Source of the DNA: Corallochytrium limacisporum Hawaii
Taxonomy: Eukaryota > Protista > Pluriformea
Length of the DNA: 54,829 nt
Assembly (NCBI GenBank): GCA_002811645.1
Contig: PDIP01000058.1
Coordinates: 44,162 to 98,990, forward strand
Reading direction: 5' to 3'
The notes below the pieces were generated by a model. That model was not told where the DNA came from and ran no database searches. It worked only from the letters and a program-made list of their open reading frames with translations. How positions within the stretch are numbered: position 1 is the first letter of the stretch; the number at the start of each line of letters is the position of its first letter. Shown piece by piece: positions 12,661-25,200 of this stretch. The position numbers and the translations under genes are program-made.

Positions 12661-14106
12661 ATGCTGACAACGGATGAACTCTGGGATGCTTTGCGCAGCA
12701 GTCTGGTCATCGTGACTTCCACTATTGGGTCGGGTATTCTAACTATTCCGTACTCTTACGCTGCTCTGGGACCAGCCGGTAGTACGGTGCTGTTCTTTTT
12801 CATCGCTATCTTCTCTGCCATGGGTGGCTGCTTTTGGGGTCTGGTGTGCGCCCGCAGTAAGTCTTTCGTCATTCCCGACATTGTTGAAGAGCACCTTGGT
12901 CCCTACTTCCGCGTCTATGTTCAGCTGTGTCTGATCGCCGATCTCTTCTTCCGGGCCATTATCTACACTGTGCTTACTGCTAGCGCTCTGGACAATCTAC
13001 TGAGCTCCTACATTCATCTCACGTACGCGGAATGGGCCATCGTGACGGCCGTGGCTATGTGGCCCATTTGTCAATTCCCAAACTTCAAGGACATGACCTG
13101 GGTGCTTCTCGCTGGTACTCTTTCCTCCTACATCGTCGCCATCACCCTTCTGATAGAGTCTGGCGCGAATCTGACGAGTAACGTCCCCAGTTATGACGAC
13201 CCTGGCTTTGACGTCTCCATCAAGGCCGCGTCCGTTCTGGTCTTTGCGTACGGTTTCGGTTCCTACCTCCCAAGCGCCCGCCGCAACATGAAGTACCCCA
13301 ATAAGTTGCACTACCCCGTCATATTTGTCAGCATCATGCTGTTCCTGCTCTACGTTGCCGTCGGTCTCATGTCCTACTACGCATATGGCTGTGCCGTGAG
13401 CACAAACATTCTGGACACCTGGGATCATGATCCCACTTGGTACGTCGCCTCCATTGCTCTGATTGTCCACTTCATCGTGGCTGGCCCTGTGGCCCTGAAC
13501 CCTTGCCTGATCATTCTTGAGCAGATGATCCTTAACACCCACGTCGCTTACGCCTACAGTCACAACAATCCGTCTCAGGCCACCGAACCGTCAACCATCT
13601 CCGGCGCTGTGGAAACCGCTGGCAAGAAGGACCCCATTTCCCATATTGAAGGTGGCCTGAAGATTGACGAAGACGAAATTGACAAGCTCCCCATCGATGC
13701 GGCCAGGCACGAAGCCATCTACGACAAGACCGCCAAGGGAGAAGTCGAGGCCCAGAGGGATACCGCGGTTGTCATGAAACGTGTTCTTTTGCGCACTCTT
13801 CTGCTTGCCCTGGCCACGTTCATTGCCGTTCTGGTGCCCTTCTTTGGTTCCCTGACTGAGGCAGCAACTGGTTTGGCCACTGTTTCTCAGTCTTTCGCCA
13901 TGCCGACTCTGCTCTACATGGTCGTCTACTGGAAGGAGACCCCGACACAGGTTCACGTCTTTCTCGGCATTTTCATCGTGGTGGTCGAGATATTTGCCGT
14001 CTGTGCCACTGTGTCATCCATCAAGGACATCATCAACCAGGCATCTCAGTTCAAGGCTTTCCATGTCGAGGTCGATGATGTTGAATTCCTGTGTCCGCCA
14101 AACTAA
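12661..14106 (+). CDS. Amino acid/auxin permease (Aa_trans, AAAP family) transporter
   Basis: TIGSGILTIPYSYAALG first-helix motif, VFAYG, MKYPNK, GLMSYYAYG and VPFFGSL motifs, and about 11 TM segments. Start placed at ATG 12661 (MLTTDELW) because the upstream in-frame part (from 12592) runs through a (CA)n tract. Confidence 0.9.
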   Translation: MLTTDELWDALRSSLVIVTSTIGSGILTIPYSYAALGPAGSTVLFFFIAIFSAMGGCFWGLVCARSKSFVIPDIVEEHLGPYFRVYVQLCLIADLFFRAIIYTVLTASALDNLLSSYIHLTYAEWAIVTAVAMWPICQFPNFKDMTWVLLAGTLSSYIVAITLLIESGANLTSNVPSYDDPGFDVSIKAASVLVFAYGFGSYLPSARRNMKYPNKLHYPVIFVSIMLFLLYVAVGLMSYYAYGCAVSTNILDTWDHDPTWYVASIALIVHFIVAGPVALNPCLIILEQMILNTHVAYAYSHNNPSQATEPSTISGAVETAGKKDPISHIEGGLKIDEDEIDKLPIDAARHEAIYDKTAKGEVEAQRDTAVVMKRVLLRTLLLALATFIAVLVPFFGSLTEAATGLATVSQSFAMPTLLYMVVYWKETPTQVHVFLGIFIVVVEIFAVCATVSSIKDIINQASQFKAFHVEVDDVEFLCPPN

Positions 14107-14949
14107 AACGGTTCAAAATCGAAGGACACACATTTAGGTAGAGCAAACATAGTAGTTTTGGATATGGGGCACGCTGAAACCATCAATCTGCCACTCAGTA
14201 ATTGCCCACACACCCACACACACCTCACTCCAATCATCACACAGGACGTCCACACATCCACCGACCGGCCCCTTTTTAGCAACATAACTAGTGAGGGCCA
14301 AAAATTCTCCATGTACATGTCTATAGTTCCATATTTATAAAGAAGCCCATCGTTGGCACACATACAAACAGCGACAGGTCCTTTCCAACATTGCGGGATG
14401 TACGTTACAAGGCAAGCCAAGCAACCCCCAAACACGGCAACGGGCACCGAACGCCCGGTGCGAAAAGGGGCTCCCCTTGCCTCATGCTGCGAGCACGAAC
14501 GGTAGGTTCAGTCGCACAATGTCCGGTCATACAAAAACTGCGCAAATTGCTGGCCCAATTGTTCACGTCCGTGTATCCCAAGAAATTGATAACGGAGAGC
14601 GGGCCAAGGACGGCACAAACGCCGCGGAGTTTAACGGGCATTTTTGGACACAGGAAAATGACTACTTCCAGTCCCAGGGCACCCCACCCCATCAGTCGGT
14701 CAGTCCGTCCCTCTCTGCCTCTCTGCCTCTCTCCTCTCTCTCTCTCTCTCTCCCAGCCTTCCCCCGGCGGTGGCCCTGCTTGCAGACACAAAGCCTCAAA
14801 ACCGAGGGGCCGGCGCACGCGGTACAAAAGAGTGGGAGGGGGTGTTCCCAAGCAAGGAAAGGGGCGGCCTCCGGAAGAAATCACGACAGAAAACTTTGAC
14901 GTGAATTTTTAAACGCTCCGCTCCGGTACACCGCAAAGGCTAGAAATCC

Positions 14950-14953
<4 letters not shown>

Positions 14954-14988
<35 letters not shown>

Positions 14989-15092
14989 GCACCACCCCAC
15001 GCTCTGCAGGGAGTCACAGGGCCTTTTGACTTTTTAAATCGCCGGGGTCCGGAGTCCATTTTCTGGGGCTCCCACCACTCTCTCTCTCACTA

Positions 15093-15130
<38 letters not shown>

Positions 15131-15153
15131 ACACACACACACTCACTCTCTCA

Positions 15154-15184
<31 letters not shown>

Positions 15185-15347
15185 GCCCCGTGTGTCTGTC
15201 TCCAGGAATTTCGAAGAGAGTGTGTGTGCGTGTGCTGACGCCAGGAAACCCCATCGATACGCCGGGGGCAAGAGTGAGAGAGAGAGAGCGAGCGAGCGAG
15301 AGAGAGAGAGAGAGAGAGAAATAGAGAGAGAGAGAGAGAGAGAGAGA
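14954..15347. repeat. Compound microsatellite block: (CA)n, (CT)n tracts, then (GA)n tract
   Basis: (CA)n at ~14954-14986, CT tracts at ~15078-15184 and a GA tract at ~15272-15347 are directly visible. Confidence 0.95.
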
Positions 15348-16214
15348 AAAGAAAGGAGGAGGGGGCCCTTGTTTGAAACGGTGGGATTTGGGGCGTGTGC
15401 GGTCTGCGCTCTGGGTTTCGACGCTTCGCCCTTTATTTGCCGTCCGCTGACCCTGCCTGTCTTGTGGGCTTGCCGTGGAGATTTTTGGGTTTGGTTGTTT
15501 TGGTGGAATGTGCGTTTTGTGTGCGCAGGGGTTGGCTGGTGGCGTATGGTACGCGTGTTTGTGGATATTGACGGGTGTGCGGGTTCGGTGGTGCGCGGCC
15601 GTGGAAGCAGGAAGCTTGCAAGTAGAGCAAGCCTTATCCCAGGCTCTTGCGGGACCCACGGCCTCTTGTTCACTGAAACCTGTGTGCCAGATGTAAGTAT
15701 TGATCAAATTTATCTAACAGTGAATCGGTGTTATCGCTGTGGCTCAAACATTGCACAGTCAGCCTATCCAGATAGGGGACGGGCAGGTCTTGTATACTCC
15801 CGGGTGCTTCAGCGCGGCCCTGTACCCGCGGTGAGTGTTTGTGAGGTACGGTGGTACCTTACACTGCTCCAAGGGATCAGCGTGCTTACTCTTTCCCGTT
15901 CTCCTCGAACCCTCGTGCGCAGGAGGAGAGTCAGTCCCGAATAAGGTGCTGACGGTCTTCAAACAATGCTTTGAAAAAGGGACAGACTGGTGTAAGGTGA
16001 CAATATTATATATACGGAAATGGGTGCAGTGGTTACCATTAAATGAATGGGCGGATAAAGGTGCCCTGTTCTTCTTCCTCTCGGTCGTACCGCGATGTAA
16101 AGGGGACTTGTAACCTATCAACCTGTTTGCTGATCCGTCATAACGTTTGCGTTGTGATACTCTGCCCAGGCCAGCCACCGATTCCCAAAAGCGGCAGCGA
16201 AGCGTTTTAATCCC

Positions 16215-19200
16215 TCACAGTAGTGGCTCCTTGGTCTTCCTCAGTGACCGCACGACGATGGAGACCACCAGCAATACAGAGGCTGATCCGGCGAAGAGTA
16301 AAAGATGGTCATTACCGGGAACCTCACGCAGACCACCCTCGACAGTGTTTTCGTCAGTTGTCTCTGCTTCTTGCGTTACCGTACCATTGACCGCCGTCCT
16401 GCGCCGACGGTCCGGGACGTAGCCACCCACCGGCACAACTGTAAAGCCCGTACCAGGCAAGAGAACGATATCACCGGGATTGTTACCGCTTCGGTCATAC
16501 AGATTCACGACGGTGATTGTGGCGGACTGGACACTGTTTGCTTCAACGGTTGACAGTGCAGAAATGTCGTCTAAGGGCATCAGGATGGTAACGATATCGT
16601 CTTGGCATAACACTCCCGTAGTGAAGTTACCTACAACAGTGGCGTCGTCTGTAAGCAGCTCCACTACCGCAGACGGTATAGGATCAAAGTTCATGCAGTC
16701 CACATTCTCATCCAGCTGAACTATGACCTTTCGTGTTGACGTGGTGTACGATACACTTCCGTCTGGTTCAAACAGGCGCAGCTCCTGACTTGACGGCAAC
16801 AAGATGCGTGTCAGAGTGGGTGCAGTGCCATCAACAGTGAGCGGGAAGGCAGTTCCGTTAATGCCCAGCCCGGCGAAATTCGAAATGTCTGCCAACTGCA
16901 CAGTGGCCGCGGTAATGGTTACTGTAGAGTCTGTGAAGTGCTGTTCAATGTCCAAAACAGGCACACCTACCGTTACTTGCGTACCAGAGCATCCGACTGC
17001 TTCAGCATTTACCGTAACGGTGTCTCCCGAACTAAGTGTGAGTTTAAAGACCGCAGACACAGTGTTCATACAAGCCAGACTGACCGTGCTGTAGGTGGCT
17101 TCGATGGTGGGAGTCGGGTTACGACCTCGCAACACCACCGGTACGCCCTCTGGCGGGTTGAGCAAAAGAGCAGCACCGGGGCCAGAAGTAATGATGGGAA
17201 TGTCCAGTTCATAGGCATGAAGCAATGGATTGTGGGCTATGTCACGCAAACCTTCGATATGAACAGTCGCGGTGCTGAGGGTCGACGAAGTGGAGGACAA
17301 AGCGTTCGCGATTGCATCCAGAGGAAGGTAGACGGTGATGATGTCTCCCTCACATTCTACGCCCACTTCAGGGATTTCGGGTCCTTTTTCAAGGTCGCCC
17401 TTGAGTTGTAATTTTCCGGATGTAAAGGTGCAATTGACTGATTCACTAGCTTGCAGTACTAGTTCAGTAGTCGCCTCCTTGCCCTGTAGGGTAATATCTT
17501 CTTCTGCCGGCGCCAGGAGTGCGTCTATGGTGGGGTTGGTCAGGTCCACAACCAAAGGATAGTTGTCACTGCCGGAAAAGACAGCAGACTGCACTTGCGA
17601 CTCACAATTGCTGCTCGCTGACAATAGTACTCTGCCGTCCAGTATCTTCGCGGCAGCCAAATCTTCGGCACGCACCTCGATCTGAATGAACGAACTGGCA
17701 AGTGAGATGGAATATGTAGGCAGTGTTTGGGAGGGCACCTGACTTGCGTCAATCGAGTCAGAGCCCAGGTAATATTCAAGCTTATCTTCCGTCCAACAGG
17801 CGATCAAGGCACTATCTTCGGTGCATGGATCATTGGCGGATTTGACGGCATACAGTACAGACAGTCGACGGGCCTGCGGTTCCGTAGCTTCAAGTGTATC
17901 ATAGAGAAATGACACATCGATGCCAGTTTGGAGCAAATTGGAACCGATTGCCTTGGTGAAACGGCTGCCCCACGACTCGAACGGTTTGCCGCACTCTGGG
18001 TTAGTCAGAATGAGCATAAAATTGGAGCCTCCAGCGTTATTCAGGTACACATCGCGGCCCAGAGTCTTGGGAATGGCCAGCTCACCCTCCACCTGTATGG
18101 ACGGACACGCAGGTACCAGGTTGACAGCAATGTTGATGTTCTGCTGCAGAGTGCGATCACACGATGGCTCAGCACGAATCTGCACGTCCTCAAAGACACC
18201 AGCCACGTCTGCGTTCGGATCCAGCGTGACCTCAAGCCAGATGTCGGTATACTCCTGACGATTAAGTCGCCAATTGAAATCACGGCCCTGGGTGGCAGAA
18301 CGGAAGAAATCGCCATTAATCTTGAACACAAGTCCGGATCGTCGCGTGGTGATGGGATAAACAGATGTGTTATCAGTGTGCTCACGATCAACGGTACCAT
18401 CGCTACGAATGCGGAACTTGAATACCTGACCCTTAGTGGCGAGTACGGGTTGGTTGCTGCGGTCCGCTGGCAGGCCATCTATCAGGTTGAATATGACCTT
18501 CTGGCGTTGGAAAGTAACCTTCGGATAGTGCACACACATAGTCTGGCCAGCGTTGAGCTGGTACACAGGCATACCATTCTCATCCGCAAAAATATTAAAG
18601 TCATACGAGTCACCGGGCTGGCGATCTTCCAAGTGCAGGCCAATGGCCAAACCCTTTCCACCCTGGATAGAGTACCCACTGCCGCCGGAATAATTACCAG
18701 TGAAACGGACGCCAAATTTACGCTTCTGGATCTTGAACGCAAAGCCACCCGCGTACTTACCCGTCTGCGTGACGGAACCACCGGCCCAGATTGTCTGGTA
18801 AACACTTCCAATCTCATAGGACGATATGGCAGTTTTGGACGCCTGCTCCCAACGACGATGGCGCTCGAACTCTTTAGGGGGCCCTCCACCATTTCGAGCA
18901 TAATATTCGCGGCGGTGCCGGTGGAGGTGTTCCTTCACAACATCCATTTCAGTGGGCGTCTCCTCAATCGTCACTTCTTCACCGGCATGGACTCTTACCC
19001 ACATGTCGCGTAGGCGGTTCAAAGCCCGGGTGATCCGCTCTTGTTCACGATCGCGGCGCCAGGCCCTGCGCTTTTCACGAACAACATTAACGTCGGCAGG
19101 TCCTCCGAGGGGCATGTGACGGCGCTCGGCATGCAATTCGCTCAGAATTTCGCCCGTATTCTTGGGTAGATTCTTATGATATGGATTCGTATGTGTCTCC

Positions 19201-22200
19201 ATGACATGATTAAACAGCTTTTCCGCCACCTCCCAGTTGACTTCGTCATCGTTGATCTCGGTCTGATAGATCGGATCGTATCCCGTACTGCGACGGCGAC
19301 GGCCGTTGGGGTTATTTGGTGCAATAGCACCTCCGTTACCAGCTTGGATCTTCGCAGGGCCCACTCCACCACCAGCGTCAAAATTAAACTTGAAATCGAC
19401 CGCTGTGCCAAAGTTGGCACTCTTGTTTACCTTGATACCTGGCCTCTTGTAAGCCATTTCGACGACTAGGTTATACTTGACGTCACCTGCAAAGGACAAA
19501 CGCTGGATATCGTAGGGTCGCAGTTCAGAGAAGTACTTGTCCTTGACGTGGTTGTGATTAGCCATCTTCTCACCGGGCAAGTATCCACTACCACCTTGGT
19601 TGTAGTAGGAGTTTGGAAACAGGGTGCCAATACCGCTTGGTCCAGTATTTGCAATACTTGAGGCTTTGTCATAGACACTGGCTATAGAGTCACCAGCGAA
19701 TTCATTACCTTGCGGCAGAATGGGTGATACGTCAGTGAGGCGGCCAGACTTTTTCGCATTGCCGTCGCCGTTACGTTCAAGGAACCATTTGAATCCTTGC
19801 GATGATCCATTTACGGCAACCTTGGACGTTGCTTCATACCTAGTTAGCACATTGTCCAGGTAGTCAATCTCACACTGCAGAGCTTCTAGAGAGTTCCGTA
19901 CAATCGCCTCTTCATCTGGGGTCAGGGTACCACCCTCCAGACTCTCCGTAGCATTTCCATATTGCTGTAGGGAATAGGACAATTCCGTGCTCAGGAAGAC
20001 GTAGTCAGCCGCCCCCCAATCATCTTTGCCCTGGGGTCGATCCACATTAATAGTGGGAATGGGAGTCTGCAGGACAGAGCATGTCTCGGCATCGAAGGTA
20101 ACAAGAATGCTCAGGGCTAAAGAAAAGAAGGCTGGTGTGAAAATCAGTAGATCTCTGGGACTGCCAAATAGTTCATCGTCTTCCGAGTCAATCCACCACC
20201 CGCTGGTCGTGTCCACATTGTCGTGGCTGGTTAGCCAGGAAACAGCTTCGACAACATCACCAGATACAGTGTCACTGGCGGAGTATTTGTTATTGTTGGT
20301 GTAGCCAAGGCCAAAGAGGACTTCCGCCATCGCAACGGCACCAGTGTCTACTGCACCACCAATACCAAAGGGAGCTGTAACAGTAAGAACACCGCGTTTA
20401 TCCACACCGAAGCGAACACGAAACATGGCGGAACCACCCACCGAACCGGATTGCGCAAAGTGCACCGATTCGGCAAATTGCTCCACTGCTGCCGCCGCAA
20501 TTTTCGCAAAGGAATGATCTCCGGGCGGCTTTCGCAGCACAAGGAAGGCCTGCTCCGTTAGGTCGCTGACCAGGCTAGATGCTGTTTGAACAAATAGGGC
20601 CTGATCAGCGTCGCTAAATGTTTTCTGAGCAATCTTGTCAGCCATGTTGCCAACGTCATTCTTTGAAATGGACTTTGATTGTGGATTCACGCCAGAGTAT
20701 TGACCACTCACATCTGGCAATATGTCACGATCGTTGGGGTTTTGCAGCCCAAAAACTTCCTCATTCAACGTCTTAAGGTATGAAGCGGTGAGTGTGTCCA
20801 ATGTGGCTGTAAGGTTGGCGATCCCCGCACACGAATTGGGTACGCCCACTTGATCAAGGGAGCTGGTAGCATCGAGGTTCAACGGCAAAGGAATGGCACG
20901 AGGGCCACCACCCTGATTGCGAATGCCGACAATAACCACATTGACCGCGTGGCTGATGGTCTCGGTGAAGAAGGACTTATTGCGAACTGCGGAGAATACT
21001 ACAAAGGAAGTTGCAGGATCCTCTGTGGCCTCGGAGGCGGTAAAGTTGTGTGCAATGGAAGAAGTGCCCTGCAGTTGGCCCGAACAACTGGAGCCGGAGC
21101 AGGCCGTGCTGTCAATGTTGTCTTCAATAGTGTAGTTGAAAGTCAGATACTCACATGTCTGTCCGTATGCGTAGATCTCCTCATAGGTAGTAGTGAGTGT
21201 GTAGTTGGCTGTGGCTGTCTGGGGAATTACGAAATCAATTGGCGGGTTGGCTGATTTGCAGGTGGTCTGCTCGGCCACAGAGTTGCCATCGGTATCCACC
21301 AGTCGCAAAGTTTTCACAGTCGGCGTAGCATAGTACTGCCAACTGATCTGCTTAGGGTTGTTAATGTCCACCGATGCGTCCACAAGTGTAACATGTTTGG
21401 TGTGTTGGGACAAAGGCCCAAAGAATTCGCTGCTCCGGGTGGATGACTCGATTCGTGTATCCTGTGGAAAGCGATTATACTGCTGCAGGACAACGGAGTA
21501 GGACAGCGGCGGAAGGAAAATGGTTTTGGTGGAAAAGTAGTTCCAGGACACAGTCTTAGACAAGCAGGATGCAGAAGACTGATCCAGGGGAGTAATAGTG
21601 ACCGTTGCACCGCCACTCTGCACGTTGTCACAGTCAGAAGCGGCGGCAGTGATCTCTAGTGGCTTTGTCAGAATCTGACGGAAATTTGCACCAGAGATAC
21701 TATTCTCGATCGACTGAACGTGGTAGTACTCTGAATTGGAGGTGGTATTAGAGTTGGAGTAGAAGTGCGCAGTGTTGTCAATCTGCTGCTTGGACACAGC
21801 TTCATTGGGTCGCACCAGTTTTGATTCATTGCCCTCGAATTCAAGTTTGTCAGTACCGCACGTGATGGTTGAGTTGGGCAGGAAACTGGCAGCTGCACAT
21901 TTGTAGTCGTTGTTGTTTAGCGTCGTGGCGGCATCCGTGGGCTGATCCACCTTGTTGCTGGCCTGTGTCTGATAGGGTTGCATGAAGACGTACACGCTTC
22001 CACCCTTTGGCACTGCAACATTGTAACGCCCAGTTTCTTCATTGATCATTTGACAGGTTGGATCGTTGGCTAGCTGTGTGTCAATTGTGCAAGCACGACA
22101 CAGATTGTAAGGCACGCAATTATCGAACAATCCCGGATTGGACAGGCCCAAACCAAAGGTAACAAAGCCCTGCACACTCAGCGCTGACTGATCCCTCAAG

Positions 22201-25200
22201 GTTATGGTACCAAAGTTGTCCAAGTGTTGCACATTAACCTCCAGATAGTAGTAAGTATCACCATCAAACTGAAACGATGGTAATGCGGCCCCAGTCTCCG
22301 AGGCAATGAAGCCCGGAGTGTCCGAGCCTGGAAAGCGGTTCTCCAGCACAACCCACACGGTCTGCAGTGCTGATTGAGTGACACCACTGCCGAGGTCAAT
22401 ACCAATCTGAACGTCGCCTCTTCCGGTGGCCGCTGTTTGATAAAAGTTTTCAAAGCAGTCGAACTTATCTGCAGCGTTGAGATCAAAGAGATGAAGACTG
22501 GTGCAAAAGGCAGTGACGGATGGCGGGGTGATACGGTAGGGCACATCCGCGAGTCCAGCCGCACCATCTGCAGTATTGACCTGGATAAGTCCTGCTGACA
22601 GGAATGGAATTTCATACTGGAAGGAACACACTTCGGTGACCGTCGCACCATCAGCGCCGGTCAAACTGAATGTGTTCAGGATGGCCTCACCAAGGGTAAA
22701 TTCGGTGCTGAAGCTGGAGTCGCTGGGCAGTAGGAAGGAACTGTCTGCTCCGAAGAACGGAATGCCAGACTGGATACCAAATTGACAGCTGGCCTCTAGG
22801 GTCACTGCCCTGCTGGCGGAGGTTAGACCGATGATGCTTGCCTCCTGGCGGGTAACCTGCCACAATGCAGTTCTTTCGGTACAACCAAGGTCAATGTTAA
22901 GTCGGGCTGACAAGGAAAAGGCAGGACCGCTCTCCGCAATTTCGTACTGTGGTCTAACCGCGGCACATTCAAACGTAGAGCCGATGACGGTGTCAAGGTT
23001 GAGGGCCACGGTGGTTGCAATTGCTTGCGTGTTGTCCAAAGATCCGAGATTCAGGGTGACGCCAAAAGTAGCAGCAAAGGTAGGCAGGTCCACCTCCTCG
23101 ATGTCAAGTAGAGTGGCTGTCTGCGGGACACAGTTGCAGATTGAACCCTCGCTCAGTGTAACCGCTTGACTGGTACGGGCAACGTCGTAAGTCACCTCGT
23201 CGCTGCGGCATTTTCCATCCTGTCCAGGCAGCACAAAGTACGCCGGCACTTCATTCTCGGGGTCTGTGCTATCCTCGACGGCGGATACCAGACAATATCT
23301 CTCCTTGACCACGGCCAGAACTGTTCTTGATGAGGAGCTCTGGGTGCCTAGATCAATCTGGGACGAGATGCGAACAAGCTGATTGGGCTGTCCGAAGATC
23401 TCCACCTGGTCGCTGTTGCTCTGGAAGGACAGTGCCGCAGAGTCCACATGCTGCGAGCTTGGATTCGTTAGATCAGTCAAGCTGAGCACCACACCGCAGT
23501 ACGGCTGGTCGGTCAGACGATCAGTGCAATCTATAACTGCCGTGCCGTTCACTTCCGGGCAGATTGGTTGAATACAACGTCCTGGGTTGTACGCCACCTC
23601 AATATTTGTTGCACTTACAAAAACTTCCACGTCGCTCCATTGGCACTCGGGGTTGCCCGTGTTGTCCTTTGAGTCAACCGCCTCGTAGCCGGGCAGACAA
23701 TCCAGTGGAAAGCACGCTCCAATGTTTCCCGGAGCCGTGGTATTGTTGTTAGATTGTTTCTGTATCAGATCCTGCACACCAATAGGTGCCACGGGACTTT
23801 CGTATTTGAAACTACCAGAGCACTCCTGGCACACTGGCAGACCACCTCTGACGCCGTCAGGGATGGGGCAGCCAGTGCTGCACACACTTGGACAGGAAGA
23901 AAACTCAGCCGTGGTGCATGTCATTGAGCCTGCCACACTGTCTAGGCCCTGGATGCCGGACGATGTCACAGTGTTGAGAATTTCTTCGTATCGCGTGGTG
24001 TCAGATATGAAATTTGCGAACACAACATTGTCACCAAATGAAGTCGTACTCGTACTTGTCTCCGCACCAAGGAAGCTACCAACAGTCTCACAGTACATCA
24101 CCTTGTCATCGTTCCTGGCCTCAATTGCTGTTGTGCCGGCGGCGCTCTCAGTCAGTGACGTACCTTCCAGTGCATCCTGTGTGATCTGGCCATTCTGTGG
24201 AATCATGATGAACTGCGGAGTCATATCTTCAGCCACCACCAGCGTCAGACTGGCATCCACAGCCGCCTCCAGTGTAACACGCGGCACAATGGCTCGCTTC
24301 GCATTGCCATGGGTACCATACCTCTCATACATCACCGCACTGGCGTTCGCGTACTGGGTCAGATAGTCACCATCCGTCGCTAATGTATTGGAGAGATCAC
24401 CATCTCCGCTCAGTGCCAGAATCTGAGACGCTGTCAACTGCGTTCCTTTCTGTCGTAGACGACCCTGCGCTCCAGGCTCCGGCAGATCCGGCAAAGAACG
24501 TCTTGAGATGCCGATCGTCGTCTCCGGGAAGACCACATCGTCCAGGTACGCTGCTCGAGTGTCATCCACCACGTACTGGAAGCCAAACGGTTGTGCCTCA
24601 ACAAGCGCTCGGCAACACTGCCAGCTGCTTGGCTCGTATTCCGTGGCTCCAGGAGAATCTGTTGTTACCGTGCCCGGCGATGACACGGCAGCCAGCGGAT
24701 TACATATGGTGTTGTCCAGTGCATTGACATCCGTCGCATAGCTTAGGTACTCCGTGTACGGTATCGTGATGCCGTAAGAGCCTCGTACCTGCGGTGGCGG
24801 CAGGTTCAAACTACCCATAATATTCCAGTCCGGCACGCTCGAAACTGAGTCCTTGATCTGCTCAAAATCGTAGGTCTGAGTCGCGGTACCAAAGGTTAGG
24901 TAGTCAATGTCCTTCGTAAAGGAGGATAGTGTGGCGTTCGCTTCGTACACGTCGATAAACGTACTATTGAACGGACTCTCCGCGTTCCAAACCTTCAAGC
25001 ACGAGTAGTTAGTGGCTTCCTCAATACCTGTCACGTTGTCTTTGAAGAACGCAGATGCTGCCAGGCCTGGGAATCCCCCAATATAGTCAAAGTCATCTGC
25101 AGCCACACTGCCGGTTGAATTGCTCACCTCTGTGAACGTGATGGTTGTTGGTATCACGTACTGGCTGCCGGGGCACCCAATGGTGTAAAGTAGACCATCA

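Noticed and set aside
15129-15944. ORFs of 176-250 aa
   Set aside because: Open only because they cross GA/CT microsatellites (ERERER/LSLSLS translations).
17928-19013. 361-aa plus-strand ORF and other antisense ORFs inside the large genes
   Set aside because: Shadow ORFs on the opposite strand of long coding regions, with no motifs.
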